From Terriglobia bacterium (lineage in GTDB: Bacteria; Acidobacteriota; Terriglobia; Acidiferrales; UBA7541), in assembly GCA_963695545.1 (NCBI GenBank), contig OY968796.1:2976001-3040000 (forward strand): DNA of 64,000 bases, read 5' to 3'. Both the position numbers and the translations under genes were made by a program. This document shows, in pieces, positions 47,177 through 57,430 of this stretch. Below the pieces are notes generated by a model. That model did not search any database and was not told the DNA's origin. It was given only the letters and a program-made list of their open reading frames with translations. Position 1 is the first letter of the stretch; every line of letters starts with the position of its first letter.

Positions 47177-47222
47177 AGTGGCGAGTGGCGAGTGACGAGT
47201 GATGACGGGGCGTTAGCGGCGA
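47177..47222 (+). repeat. second heptamer array (4 units) plus identical 19-mer
   Basis: AGTGGCG AGTGGCG AGTGACG AGTGATG; GACGGGGCGTTAGCGGCGA at 47204-22. Confidence 0.85.
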
Positions 47223-47271
47223 AAAAGAGCGAAGGCGCACGGGCAGGAGTGTCTGTGGTGCTAAAGGCCGC

Positions 47272-47685
47272 TCACTTGCGCTTCGCGGACTTCTTTGAGG
47301 ACGAAGTGTTGAGGGCGACGGCGGCGCGGATCAGCGCTTTGAACGCGTTCGCGTCAATCTGCTCGCCCTCGTGAATGTCGATGGCGCGCCTTACGTTGCC
47401 CTCGAGGCTCGAGTTGAAGAGCTTGGCGGGATCCTTCAAGGAAGCGCCCTTAAAGAAAGTCAGCTTCACGACGGACTTGTAGGACTCTCCGGTGGAGATT
47501 CCGCCGTCATGGTACCAAACCGGTGTTCCCATCCATTTCCAGTCCTCGACAACGTCAGGGTCGGCCTCGATGATGAGGGCGCGCATTCTTGCTAGTGTGG
47601 CGCCGCGCCAGTCGCCCAACTTGGCAATCTTTTCGCTGATTAGTTTGGACGCCCGCCTGCCTGCTAGCTTTGGTTGAGTCTTCAT
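47272..47685 (-). CDS. DUF1801 (YdhG-like) protein
   Basis: LGDWRGATLARMR..WKWMGTPVW..LFNSSLEGNVRRAIDIHEG. Confidence 0.9.
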   Translation of the reverse strand: MKTQPKLAGRRASKLISEKIAKLGDWRGATLARMRALIIEADPDVVEDWKWMGTPVWYHDGGISTGESYKSVVKLTFFKGASLKDPAKLFNSSLEGNVRRAIDIHEGEQIDANAFKALIRAAVALNTSSSKKSAKRK

Positions 47686-47751
47686 GTTCCTACCTTTCGC
47701 TGGGGATCACGCGGCGAGCCGCCGCGCGGATGACGATGACGTGGTGGTCGC

Positions 47752-48396
47752 TCAGGTCGGAACTCCGGTGCCGGATTGCTCCGCGATCATGTACTCGGCA
47801 TACCAATCGGGCCAGTTGGGATCGGCCGCGCCGATGCGCTTCTCGTGCTGGCCGTGGGCGGCCTCGGCACGGCGAAGCGCGCTCGCGAGATCGCTTGCGG
47901 AGGAGAAGGAAGTGGCGGCAGGGTCGATGCGGCCGGGCGCCCGGGTGGTGACTTCTTGCAGCACCCAACTATTGCCGTCGGGATCGCTGAACGTGGCGCG
48001 CGAGGAATAGCTGTGATGTTCGGGATCGGGACCGCTCACGCGGCCGCCCGGGCCGATATGGATGATCTCGCCGACTTCGACGCCGGCGGCTACCAGCGCG
48101 TCGCGCGCGGCCGCGATATCGGAGACGACCAGGAAGCTTTCGGCCGAACCGGGCGCGGCGGAGGTGAGCGTCGAGCCGAACTGGATGGAGCAGCCGGAGC
48201 CGTGCGGCGTGAACTGAACGACGCGGACGCCGTGACCGAGGTTAAGATCGGCGTCGAGGCGCCAGCCGAGCCGCGCGTAGAACGCTTTCGCGCGATCAAC
48301 ATCCGAGACGGGGATGACGACGACTTCGAGCTTCAAGTCCACTTTGACGATCGCTTTGCTGGTCGCGGCGTTAGTGCCAGCTTCATTGGTGCTCAT
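47752..48396 (-). CDS. VOC/glyoxalase family protein
   Basis: KLEVVVIPVSDVDRAKAFY, FSDPDGNSWVLQE; GAGGAG RBS. Confidence 0.9.
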   Translation of the reverse strand: MSTNEAGTNAATSKAIVKVDLKLEVVVIPVSDVDRAKAFYARLGWRLDADLNLGHGVRVVQFTPHGSGCSIQFGSTLTSAAPGSAESFLVVSDIAAARDALVAAGVEVGEIIHIGPGGRVSGPDPEHHSYSSRATFSDPDGNSWVLQEVTTRAPGRIDPAATSFSSASDLASALRRAEAAHGQHEKRIGAADPNWPDWYAEYMIAEQSGTGVPT

Positions 48397-48426
48397 GGGC
48401 GTCTCCTCGGCAATCAGTACCATGAA

Positions 48427-49431
48427 TCACTTCGGAATCATACCGATTGTCGCGAGCCACGTCTGGACCAACTGAGGCCACGCGGTGATCGGGGAGTCCG
48501 TGCGGCGCAGTCCGAACGCGTGGCCGCCGTGCGCGTACAAATGCATCTCGACGGGAACGCCGGCCTTCTGCAGCGCGATGTAGTACGACAGCGCATCGTA
48601 AACGCTGTCCACGTGGTCGTCCTCCGCCTGGAGCAAAAATGTGGGCGGCGTCTGGTCGGTAACGTGGAGATCGGGATTCAATGCCAGATTTTCATCGGCA
48701 ATCGGAAGATTAGCCGGACGAGGAATCGCAAACTTTTTAGTGCCTTGCGTGGCATCCCACTCGGCCGCGGAGAGCGACAGATGGCCCGGATAAATCGCCA
48801 CGGCAAAATCGGGGCGGCAACTTTCTTCGTCGGCGGCATCTACGGGCGGATACAAACGCGTGGCAAAGTGCGTGCTCATCGCTGCCGACAAATGGCCGCC
48901 CGCCGAAAATCCCAGCACTCCAATCTTGTGCGGATCGATATGCCACTCCGCCGCGTGGAAGCGCACGAGGCCGAGCGCGCGCTGCGCATCTTCCAAGGCC
49001 ATCGGCGATTCCGGATACGGCCCGGATTTCGGATACGGCCCCACGTCCGTCACGCGGTATTTCAAGAGCACGCAGGTGATGCCCTCGGGCGTCAGCCAGT
49101 CGCAGACATCCGTGCCTTCAAGATCGATTGCCAGACCCTGGTAACCACCACCCGGGAAGACGACTACGGCTGCGCCCGTATTTTTTCCTGTTGGGGCATA
49201 GACCGTCATCGTAGGCTGCGTCACGTTCACCACCCATACTGTCGGGCGGCCCGCAATCAAGTCCTTCGAGGTCGAAGCATTCTCCGGCCCCGCGACCGGC
49301 TGCGCATCGGGAGGTGCGCCGGGCCATATCGGCACTTGCGTGTGCCCCGGCGACGGCTGCCAGGCAGTCGTCTGCGTGCGCAGGCCGCCAAACGCGAGCA
49401 CAACGGAGAGACCAAGGATCAAAGTCTTCAT
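48427..49431 (-). CDS. secreted alpha/beta hydrolase (carbohydrate esterase-like)
   Basis: Signal peptide, PGGGY, GFSAGG, QAEDD, GGHAFG. Confidence 0.88.
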   Translation of the reverse strand: MKTLILGLSVVLAFGGLRTQTTAWQPSPGHTQVPIWPGAPPDAQPVAGPENASTSKDLIAGRPTVWVVNVTQPTMTVYAPTGKNTGAAVVVFPGGGYQGLAIDLEGTDVCDWLTPEGITCVLLKYRVTDVGPYPKSGPYPESPMALEDAQRALGLVRFHAAEWHIDPHKIGVLGFSAGGHLSAAMSTHFATRLYPPVDAADEESCRPDFAVAIYPGHLSLSAAEWDATQGTKKFAIPRPANLPIADENLALNPDLHVTDQTPPTFLLQAEDDHVDSVYDALSYYIALQKAGVPVEMHLYAHGGHAFGLRRTDSPITAWPQLVQTWLATIGMIPK

Positions 49432-49732
49432 CACGGTTCGCACAGTTTAGTACAACCAGTCGCTGGTGGAGGCTGCTGATTAGAAACTGTGCCGGAAAAT
49501 TACTCGCCGATCGCGCGTCACGCATCTTCCCCGTATCGGATGATCTGGGTTAGGGTACGGGTCGCCGTGGATCGCCGCGTGGCGTTTTCCTGGAGATGCG
49601 AATTCGATTTCGACTGCGCCCACCAGACCTTTGCAGTGGTTCGATATAGATCCCTCAAGCGGCCGCGCTAGTAATAGAGTACTGTCCCGAATGAAGGTTT
49701 CGTCGCCTGCGAACGAAATGAGGAGGTCTTGA

Positions 49733-50971
49733 TTGAGGAAGCCGCGGATTCTTGCGTGTGTGATGGCGTGCGCGCTTGCGGGTGGCGCATTGGCAGGCGC
49801 GCGCGCTCGAAGCGCGCACGTTGGCACCGGTCAGTGGGTTGGCACGTGGGCAGCGGCGCCTCAGCTCGGGGATCCGGGCAACGCGCCGCCCGCGCCGGGG
49901 TTTTCCGATAGCACGCTGCGCCAAATCGTGCACGTATCAATCGGCGGAGACCAGATCCGCGTTCGATTTACAAACGCCTTCGGCGCCGGACCGCTTTCAA
50001 TGTCTTCCGCGCACGTCGCGTTGGGGGCGGGTGGCAGCGCCATCAAACCGGAAAGTGACAGGGCGCTCACGTTTGCCGATCAGCCATCGGTGACGATTCC
50101 TCCGGGAGCGCTGGTGTATTCCGATGCGCTCGATTTTGCATTGGCTCCGTTGTCCGACGTGGTGGTGACGATTCACGTGGCGGGCGCGCCGAACGGCGTC
50201 ACGACGCATCCAGGATCGAGAGAAACGTCCTATCTGGCGGCGGGCGATTTAGTCTCCGCCGCGACGTTGCCGTCGCCGGCGCAAACCGATCACTGGTATT
50301 TTCTGAACGGCATCGACGTACTCGCCAAGCGATCGGCGGCAACCGTGGTGACGCTCGGCGATTCGATTACCGACGGCAGAAATTCCACAACCAACGGAAA
50401 CGGGCGCTGGCCAGATGATTTGGCGCGGCGCCTTGTGGCCAACAAGGGCACGGCGAACATTGGAGTGCTCAACGAAGGGATTGGCGGCAACCGGATTCTG
50501 CACGATGGCTTGGGTCCAAATGCCTTGGCGCGTTTCGATCGTGACGTGGCGGCGCAAGATGGCGTGCGCTGGGTGATCGTTTTCGAGGGTGTGAACGATA
50601 TCGGCACTGCAGCAGCGGCCGCCACGCACAACGAGAAGCCGGCCACGGCGCAAGACATTATCGCGGCCTACGAGCAGATTATTCTTCGCGCGCACGCGCA
50701 CGGAATCCGCGCGATTGGCGCGACGATTACGCCGTTTGGCGAATCGTTTTATTCGAGTCCAACGGCTGAGGCCGCGCGCCAGACCGTGAACACCTGGATT
50801 CGCACCAGCGGGAAATTTGACGCCGTGATCGACTTCGATGCCGCGGTCCGTGATCCGAAAAATCCTACGCATCTGCTGGCGGCCGCCGACAGCGGAGATC
50901 ATCTGCATGCGGCGGACGCAGGCTACAGGATGATGGCTGACGCGATCGACCTCACGCTGTTCGGGAGATAA
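49733..50971 (+). CDS. secreted SGNH/GDSL hydrolase
   Basis: GDSITDG, EGIGGN, EGVNDI, GDHLH. Confidence 0.92.
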   Translation: MRKPRILACVMACALAGGALAGARARSAHVGTGQWVGTWAAAPQLGDPGNAPPAPGFSDSTLRQIVHVSIGGDQIRVRFTNAFGAGPLSMSSAHVALGAGGSAIKPESDRALTFADQPSVTIPPGALVYSDALDFALAPLSDVVVTIHVAGAPNGVTTHPGSRETSYLAAGDLVSAATLPSPAQTDHWYFLNGIDVLAKRSAATVVTLGDSITDGRNSTTNGNGRWPDDLARRLVANKGTANIGVLNEGIGGNRILHDGLGPNALARFDRDVAAQDGVRWVIVFEGVNDIGTAAAAATHNEKPATAQDIIAAYEQIILRAHAHGIRAIGATITPFGESFYSSPTAEAARQTVNTWIRTSGKFDAVIDFDAAVRDPKNPTHLLAAADSGDHLHAADAGYRMMADAIDLTLFGR

Positions 50972-50993
50972 AGCAAAACTCCGCTCGCTTGCT

Positions 50994-52700
50994 TTACCTA
51001 TAGCGATAAAGTCGCACTCGATAAACTCTGCCTTGCGCGGAATCGTCTGCGTTTAATTTCAACACCTGGCCCTGGGACGTTTCGTCGCCATTCAAGCGGC
51101 GTCCGAGGATCCATTGCGTGCCATCGAAGGACTCTTCGTCAATGCTCTCGATTCCGACGATCGGCGGGCCGGGAGTGCTCGTCGTGAACGTGACCAGAGA
51201 GTTGCCGCTGCCTGCGACGATGTACTCGTTCGGGCCGGTTTGAAGGAAGAGCGCCGATGCGCGCACTGCCGCGGCGGACGCATCGTTCGTCGGGTTCGGC
51301 GGACGCGTAACGGTCATAGTGTAGTCCCCGAGCGTGACTCTTGCAGCGCGCTGGGCTTCGCCTTCGAGAACCGCGGAAGCAATCTCGCCAGTCGTTTGTT
51401 TCTCGAGGATCAAGGGCGCGAGGTGCGACAACGTGGCGTATGCGTCGCCGATCGGCGACCGGCGCGATGCTTCCATGTTGCTTGGCTCCGCAGCGGAAGT
51501 GATAGCACCCGAATCCTCAGAATCGATTCCGAACGGCGAGAATCCGATCGTGGCGACTTGTCCTAGCGCATAAAAAGCGTTGGCCGCGCCCTCCGCTCCG
51601 CCGCGCGCTTCCGGAATGAACAGCGGATTGCCGGGGCGGATATATTTCTGGCACCAGGCCTCGAAATCGTCCAGGTAAATGTCCGGCGAGAGCAAATCAA
51701 TGCTCGGCGCGCCGACGCGCCAGATATCCATAGACTGCGGAAGCGGGCCGCCGCTGGCGTACTGGCCCGGTTGATAATTGGGGCGAATCAACGCGGCATT
51801 TACGTACATCGGCAGCGGATATTCGGCTTTTCCCGCCGCGGCTACGTGGTTGACGTAGCTGGCGTAAGACCACGCCATAAAGAGGTCGTCGGTAAGCGCG
51901 CCTTTGCCGAATACGTCTTCCCACGATCCGGACGTTTTGCTGCCGTTGGCTTCCCATATCGCGCGAAATTCTGGAACCAGCGCTTCGCGATGCTGCTGCA
52001 TGTAGTTCGTCAGATCCGAAGGCACCGCTGCCGCGAAGGCCGCGTTCGCCGCGGCGGAACGATCTCGCGAGTCAGGGCCAACTCCTATCTCGTTTTCGAC
52101 CTGCACCATGATCACGGTGCGCGCATCGCCGTCGGTTTCCCGAATGTGCTGCATCAAGGATGCGAAGGCGTGCGCGTCCGCGTCACGATTCGTGGCGCTG
52201 AAGGGCGAAAGCCGCTCGGTATCCAGGCCGTCGCTGGTTTGAACGCGTGGAAACCTTTGCGTATCGCTTTTCACCCACGCCGGCACATAGCTCGAAAGAG
52301 TATTTTTCCAGCTGCCGAACCACAAAAAAACCAAACGCAGATTATTTTGGCGGGCCCCCTGAATCAAACCGTCTACCACACTGAAGTCGAATTTGCCCTC
52401 CTCAGGTTCGATCGTCTCCCAGGCAACTGGCGCCAGCACGGTATTCAAATGCATCGTTGCCAGTCGCGGCCAGATCGGCTTCATGTAGGCCACGCTCGAC
52501 GAACTGGAATTGTGCAGCTCGCCGCCCAGAATCAAAAACGGCTTGCCGTCGACGATAATCTGGGTGGTAGTCCCTCGTTTTTCAAGATGCGGCGCGGCCG
52601 GGGCCACCGAGGACGTTTGCGCGAGCGCCTGTCCGACGCTGACACATGCGAGGAGCGCCACAGCCAGCGTGGGCCACTTACGTCCCATTTTTCTTATCAC
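50994..52700 (-). CDS. GH35-like beta-galactosidase with DUF5597 domain
   Basis: LGGELHNSSSSS, WFGSWKN, MVQVENE, LSPDIY, NPLFIPE, RRLNGDE; GTG after GAGGAG. Confidence 0.85.
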   Translation of the reverse strand: MIRKMGRKWPTLAVALLACVSVGQALAQTSSVAPAAPHLEKRGTTTQIIVDGKPFLILGGELHNSSSSSVAYMKPIWPRLATMHLNTVLAPVAWETIEPEEGKFDFSVVDGLIQGARQNNLRLVFLWFGSWKNTLSSYVPAWVKSDTQRFPRVQTSDGLDTERLSPFSATNRDADAHAFASLMQHIRETDGDARTVIMVQVENEIGVGPDSRDRSAAANAAFAAAVPSDLTNYMQQHREALVPEFRAIWEANGSKTSGSWEDVFGKGALTDDLFMAWSYASYVNHVAAAGKAEYPLPMYVNAALIRPNYQPGQYASGGPLPQSMDIWRVGAPSIDLLSPDIYLDDFEAWCQKYIRPGNPLFIPEARGGAEGAANAFYALGQVATIGFSPFGIDSEDSGAITSAAEPSNMEASRRSPIGDAYATLSHLAPLILEKQTTGEIASAVLEGEAQRAARVTLGDYTMTVTRPPNPTNDASAAAVRASALFLQTGPNEYIVAGSGNSLVTFTTSTPGPPIVGIESIDEESFDGTQWILGRRLNGDETSQGQVLKLNADDSAQGRVYRVRLYRYR

Positions 52701-53062
52701 GATCGCGTCTCCTCGCAACTTACCGCGGTTTCGTGCGCCATCGGAACTCGCACTGGGCGCTCGCCACGTGAGCTCAACCGGAAGCGCGCGCACACGAGCT
52801 CGAAATCCCGAATTCAGCCCGAGCAGCGGACATGATAGTCCCCGGAAACCAAGTTTCACCAGCGATCTTGGCGCGAGCGCCTCCCAGCGCGCCGGAACCG
52901 GCCTTCGGACTCCGGGGCTTGACCTTTCCGACAACGCCCCGGCGGCGCGACTTTTTGCCCGCCAACGGGTTGGATTAGTATCGGGCTAAGCGCAATCCGC
53001 ACGCTTCCCGGCCCGCCGCCTTGGGCGCGGTGGGAGGCAGCCGAAAATGGAGGAATTCTTAC

Positions 53063-54037
53063 ATGCGATCGTTGCTGAAGGCTCGCCATCTTGTTCTTTT
53101 TAGCTCGGTTATCGCCGTACTCTTTGCGCTGCCGGCCATATCGCACGCACAGGTTAGCGTCGGGGTTGCGATCAGGGTGGCGCCGCCGGCTCTGCCGGTA
53201 TATGACCAGCCGCCTTGCCCCACCGAGGGATACCTTTGGACCCCCGGTTACTGGGCCTACGGCGCCGCGGGTTACTACTGGGTCCCGGGCGTGTGGGTTG
53301 CGCCCCCGCGCGCAGGGCTGTTGTGGACACCCGGCTATTGGGGATTTGCGGGCGGCCTTTACGGCTGGCATGAGGGCTACTGGGGGCCGCACGTCGGATT
53401 CTACGGCGGAATCAATTACGGCTTCGGCTACGGTGGCGTCGGATTCTGGGGCGGACGCTGGGCGGGCGGCGCATTCCAGTACAACACAGCGGCGTGGCAC
53501 GTGGGCGCGGGCTTCCACGGTGTGTACGAGGATCGCACCTACGTCAGCAACGTCACGGTGAACGACAACCACTACAGCTTTAACGGCGACGGCGGCGTTC
53601 ATGCGATGCCGACCGCCGACGAACGCGCCGCGATGAACGAGCAGCATTTCGGGCGCACTCCGAACCAGATCTCGCAGCGGCAATCCGCGCGGGTCGACCG
53701 CAGCAATTACGCGTCGGTTAACCACGGGACTCCGGCTCATCCGGAAGGGATGGGCGTGAACGCGCGCCAGGATCGCCAGCAGAACCGCATCAATCAGGGA
53801 GTTCATTCCGGGGAGATGACGCCGGGCGAAACTTCGCACGTCGAAAAGAACGAAACCGGAATTCACGACGAGGCGCACAACGATCGTGCGGCGAATGGCG
53901 GTCATTTGACGCCACAAGAGCACAGGCAGATCGAGCATCAGCAGAACGCGGAGAGCCGCCAAATTGCCCGCGATAAGCACAACGCCAAAACCGACGCTCA
54001 CCCCAAGGGCGGAGCGAAGGACGGTGGAAAGGGTTAG
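53063..54037 (+). CDS. secreted YXWGXW repeat protein
   Basis: VAPPALPVYDQPPCP, WTPGYW repeats, GFYGGINYGFGY; C-terminal QQNRINQGVHSG region. Confidence 0.88.
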   Translation: MRSLLKARHLVLFSSVIAVLFALPAISHAQVSVGVAIRVAPPALPVYDQPPCPTEGYLWTPGYWAYGAAGYYWVPGVWVAPPRAGLLWTPGYWGFAGGLYGWHEGYWGPHVGFYGGINYGFGYGGVGFWGGRWAGGAFQYNTAAWHVGAGFHGVYEDRTYVSNVTVNDNHYSFNGDGGVHAMPTADERAAMNEQHFGRTPNQISQRQSARVDRSNYASVNHGTPAHPEGMGVNARQDRQQNRINQGVHSGEMTPGETSHVEKNETGIHDEAHNDRAANGGHLTPQEHRQIEHQQNAESRQIARDKHNAKTDAHPKGGAKDGGKG

Positions 54038-54075
54038 CGGCGGACATTTGGTCTGACGCAGGATCGGAAGGTTTG

Positions 54076-54099
54076 GGGCGGCCGCAAGGTCGCCCTTTT
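54076..54099 (+). terminator. rho-independent terminator
   Basis: GGGCGGCC-GCAA-GGTCGCCC followed by TTTT, downstream of the YXWGXW gene. Confidence 0.7.
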
Positions 54100-54364
54100 C
54101 ATTTCGCGGCGCGACTTTGCAACGATAAAAAAAGAGAGGCGCATGGCAGAATCACACGCGCCTCCCTCACAAATGAGTCAATTCGATGTGTACCTCAGGG
54201 ATCACCTCCTTCTCGAGAGCATCCTCGATACGCCCATGATAAAACGGGTCGGAGCGATTTCACAACCGTAGCTTATTGAATTTTTGGCGGAGCGCGCGCA
54301 CGGCGGGCAAGGCGCGGGCCGATACTCCGCGCCGGGCGATCGAGCCAGTTGTGCTGACGACGCT

Positions 54365-55405
54365 CTAGGGAAATAGAAGATGAACCTTCATCGACTGGCT
54401 GCGATCGAGCGCCACGTCGAAGGCATGATTGGCCTCGGTGAGGGCGAAGGTGTGCGTCATCAATGGCCGGAGATCGATTTTCCGCGCGACAATCTCCTCA
54501 ACCGCAATGGCGTACTGATCGCTGTTGAAGCGGAACGATCCCTGGAAGCGCAGTTCCTTGGCCATGATCAGATTGATTGCCACCGGCGATTGGCCGGCGG
54601 GCAGGTTACCAACTTGCACGACGCTGCCGCCCGCAGTGACGGTGCGCAGAGCGGTGTTCAGTCCCGCGGGGCTGCCGGATGCTTCGATGACCACGTCGAA
54701 CGTGCCGCGATTCTGCGACCAGCGATCGATCGCGGATTGATCGTCGGCCAACACGGTCTCGTCCGCGCCGAGCCGCGCAGCCATGTCCAACGCCTTCTGC
54801 GCGAGATCGACCGCGGTGAGTTTGTGCGCCCCCGCGCGTTTGGCGGCGGCCAGAAGAATGCAACCGATCGGTCCGCAGCCGACCATAAGCACGCGCGCGC
54901 CGAGCAGCGATCCAGCCTGACCGATGGCGTGCAGCGCAACGGCCAGCGGCTCAGCCATCGAAGCCTGCGCAAAATCGAATGAATCCGGCACGGGAATACA
55001 CTGGCGCCCGGACACTGCGATAAATTCGCGAAACGTTCCCTGCACGTGGGGAAATGTCGACGCACTTCCCATGAAACGCATGTTCAAACATTGGTTCGGC
55101 ATGCCCTTCAGACAAAACCGGCACGATCCGCAATTCGCGCTGGGATTCACCGCGACGCGCTGCCCGACGCGCAATTCGCTTACGCCTTCACCGAGCGCGG
55201 CCACTTCGCCCGCCACTTCGTGGCCCAGCACAAGCGGCTCGCGCAGCGCAAAATCTCCGCTCTTGCCCTTAAAGTAGTACGCCAGGTCGGACCCGCAGAT
55301 ACCTCCCGCGCGCACGCTGATCAATACATGGCCAGGCATGAGCTGCGGGCGATCCTGTTCCTCGATTACGATTTTTTTCGGCTCGTGGAGTACGGCTGCA
55401 ATCAT
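54365..55405 (-). CDS. idnD: L-idonate 5-dehydrogenase-like Zn-dependent dehydrogenase
   Basis: GGICGSDLAYY, LREPLVLGHE, MRFMGSASTFPHVQG, GSFRF, SMKVHL. Confidence 0.8.
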   Translation of the reverse strand: MIAAVLHEPKKIVIEEQDRPQLMPGHVLISVRAGGICGSDLAYYFKGKSGDFALREPLVLGHEVAGEVAALGEGVSELRVGQRVAVNPSANCGSCRFCLKGMPNQCLNMRFMGSASTFPHVQGTFREFIAVSGRQCIPVPDSFDFAQASMAEPLAVALHAIGQAGSLLGARVLMVGCGPIGCILLAAAKRAGAHKLTAVDLAQKALDMAARLGADETVLADDQSAIDRWSQNRGTFDVVIEASGSPAGLNTALRTVTAGGSVVQVGNLPAGQSPVAINLIMAKELRFQGSFRFNSDQYAIAVEEIVARKIDLRPLMTHTFALTEANHAFDVALDRSQSMKVHLLFP

Positions 55406-56438
55406 GAATGCTCCCACAGTTCTTTGGCGCGGCGAGGGCCAGTACTTCTTGCCAAACGCCATCGTCGACGACGATTCCTTTTTCAAGCTGTTCGATTCTG
55501 GTTCTCAGCGCGCTTTCTCCGGGATACAAAACTTCCGTGCTTTTCTCTACGAGTGTCGATCCATGCACAAAATCCACCACACTGTCGGCTACCTGCTCAG
55601 TGAATGCCGCGCCGCCCAGTTTGCGCGGATCGATCAGGATGAACACTTGCGAACATCCGGTACAACTCCCTTGCTGGATTTTGTCGATCGCGTTCGTCGG
55701 AGACCCTTCGGAAAGCACGGCGGCCAGCAGATCGAGCATGATGGAAAGACCGGAGCCTTTCCAATAGCCCATCGGCAAGATGCGCATCGATTCTTCAACC
55801 GGTCCCGGCTCGGTGGTAAGCACGCCGTGCTTATCAAAACCGGCGGGGAAGGGCATCGACTTGCCCTTCATTCGCGCGGATTGCAGTTTGCCGTAAGAAA
55901 ATTGCGACATGGCCATGTCCAGAACCATGTTTCCTTTTTTTCGCGGCGCCGCGATCACCAACGGATTGTTGCCCAGGCGCGTATCCTTGGCGCCCCAGGC
56001 AGGCATGCAGGATTCCGTGTTGGTCCAACCGATCGCGATCAGCCCACGATCCGCAGCGCGCCAGCCGTACGTTCCGCCGCGCATCCAATGGGTCGTGTTT
56101 CGCAACGCCACGATGCCGACACCCTGCTCTCGGGCCACTTGCATGGCGCGGTCGGTCGCGAAGAGCGCATTCAGGATTCCGGGGCCGCGATGACCGTCGT
56201 ATATTTCAATCGCCCCAGCCTGCCGCACAAGTTCCGGTTGCGCGTCCAGTCTCACCCAGCCCTTGGCAATGTAATCCACAAATCGCGGCACGCGGTTCAA
56301 TCCGTGCGAGTTCACTCCGTCGCAGCTCGATTCGGTGTGGATGCGCGCGCAAAGCCGGGCGTCGTGGTCGTTCATGCCCGCGTTCAGAAATGCCGTCGCG
56401 ATCGAAGCCTGCATTTCGGCGAAAGGAATTCTGGCCAT
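55269..56438 (-). CDS. yiaK: 3-dehydro-L-gulonate 2-dehydrogenase (Ldh2 family) with C-terminal extension
   Basis: SHGLNR, LRNTTHWMRGGTYGW, GNNPL, DMAMSQFSYGKL, GYWKGSGLSI. Confidence 0.88.
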   Translation of the reverse strand: MARIPFAEMQASIATAFLNAGMNDHDARLCARIHTESSCDGVNSHGLNRVPRFVDYIAKGWVRLDAQPELVRQAGAIEIYDGHRGPGILNALFATDRAMQVAREQGVGIVALRNTTHWMRGGTYGWRAADRGLIAIGWTNTESCMPAWGAKDTRLGNNPLVIAAPRKKGNMVLDMAMSQFSYGKLQSARMKGKSMPFPAGFDKHGVLTTEPGPVEESMRILPMGYWKGSGLSIMLDLLAAVLSEGSPTNAIDKIQQGSCTGCSQVFILIDPRKLGGAAFTEQVADSVVDFVHGSTLVEKSTEVLYPGESALRTRIEQLEKGIVVDDGVWQEVLALAAPKNCGSIHDCSRTPRAEKNRNRGTGSPAAHAWPCIDQRARGRYLRVRPGVLL

Positions 56439-56701
56439 CTTTGAGTCGTCTCCTCTAAGCCCAATGAAGCGCGGCACCCTGTCCTGACTGCGATTTGGCA
56501 GCAGCATATTCCGTGTCGAAACCAATGTACATCCGCGAGCGGCTAACCGCCCGCCCGAGATCCGAGCGGTGTACCAATCACCGAACCAAATGCATCGAAC
56601 GGAAGTCGGCGCGCGCGCGTCGCCTTCGCCTTTCGGCTAAAAATATATATTTGACGCAACCGATCATCAGCGATACGACCGATTAAGAATGAGGTCCAGA
56701 A

Positions 56702-57430
56702 ATGGCAACTGCGCGGAAAACAATGATCGTGACCGGCGGCTCGCAGGGCATTGGAGCGGGGCTTGTGAAGGCCTTTCTGGATCGCGGTTACAACGTCGTG
56801 GCGAATGCGCGGCACATCACCCAGTCGGGCGCCTTCGCGCCCTCGGATCAGCTCGCGTTGGTTGATGGAGACATCGTGGAAGCGGAAACGGCGGCGAAGA
56901 TCGGCGAAACCGCCAAAACCAAATTTGGATCGATCGACGCGCTGGTCAACAACGCCGGAATCTATTTCTCGAAACATTTCACGGATTACACGATCGCGGA
57001 TCTGCGATCCCTCATTTCCGTCAACATCGAAGGCTTTTTCTTTATGAGCCAGGTCGCGATCAAGCAGATGCTGGCTCAGAATACCGGCGGAAGCATTGTG
57101 AATTTGTCGTCGACAATGGCGGGTCATCCCATCGCTGGAATAAACGCTACGGTTCCCATGATCACTAAGGGCGGGCTTGAGGCCGCCACGCGCAGTCTGG
57201 CGATGGAGTATGCGAAACAGGGCATACGCGTGAACGCCGTCGCGCCGGGCATCGTCGACACGTCTATGCACGAGAATGAGTCGAACGATTTCATGAAGAC
57301 GCTGCAACCGATGGGTCAGATTTCCTATGTGAAAGACATCGTGGACGCGATCGTTTATCTGACGGAAGCCGGTCAGGTGACCGGGGAGGTGCTGCACGTG
57401 GATGGCGGCGCGCACATCGGCAAATGGTAA
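56702..57430 (+). CDS. SDR family oxidoreductase
   Basis: TGGSQGIG, LVNNAG, RVNAVAPG; the YxxxK position reads MITK. Confidence 0.9.
   Translation: MATARKTMIVTGGSQGIGAGLVKAFLDRGYNVVANARHITQSGAFAPSDQLALVDGDIVEAETAAKIGETAKTKFGSIDALVNNAGIYFSKHFTDYTIADLRSLISVNIEGFFFMSQVAIKQMLAQNTGGSIVNLSSTMAGHPIAGINATVPMITKGGLEAATRSLAMEYAKQGIRVNAVAPGIVDTSMHENESNDFMKTLQPMGQISYVKDIVDAIVYLTEAGQVTGEVLHVDGGAHIGKW

Noticed and set aside
47776..49479. 567 aa + strand ORF
   Set aside because: Antisense shadow of the VOC and hydrolase genes
54143..54271. 42-codon ORF with a GAGAGG RBS
   Set aside because: No motif or context support; cannot be distinguished from chance
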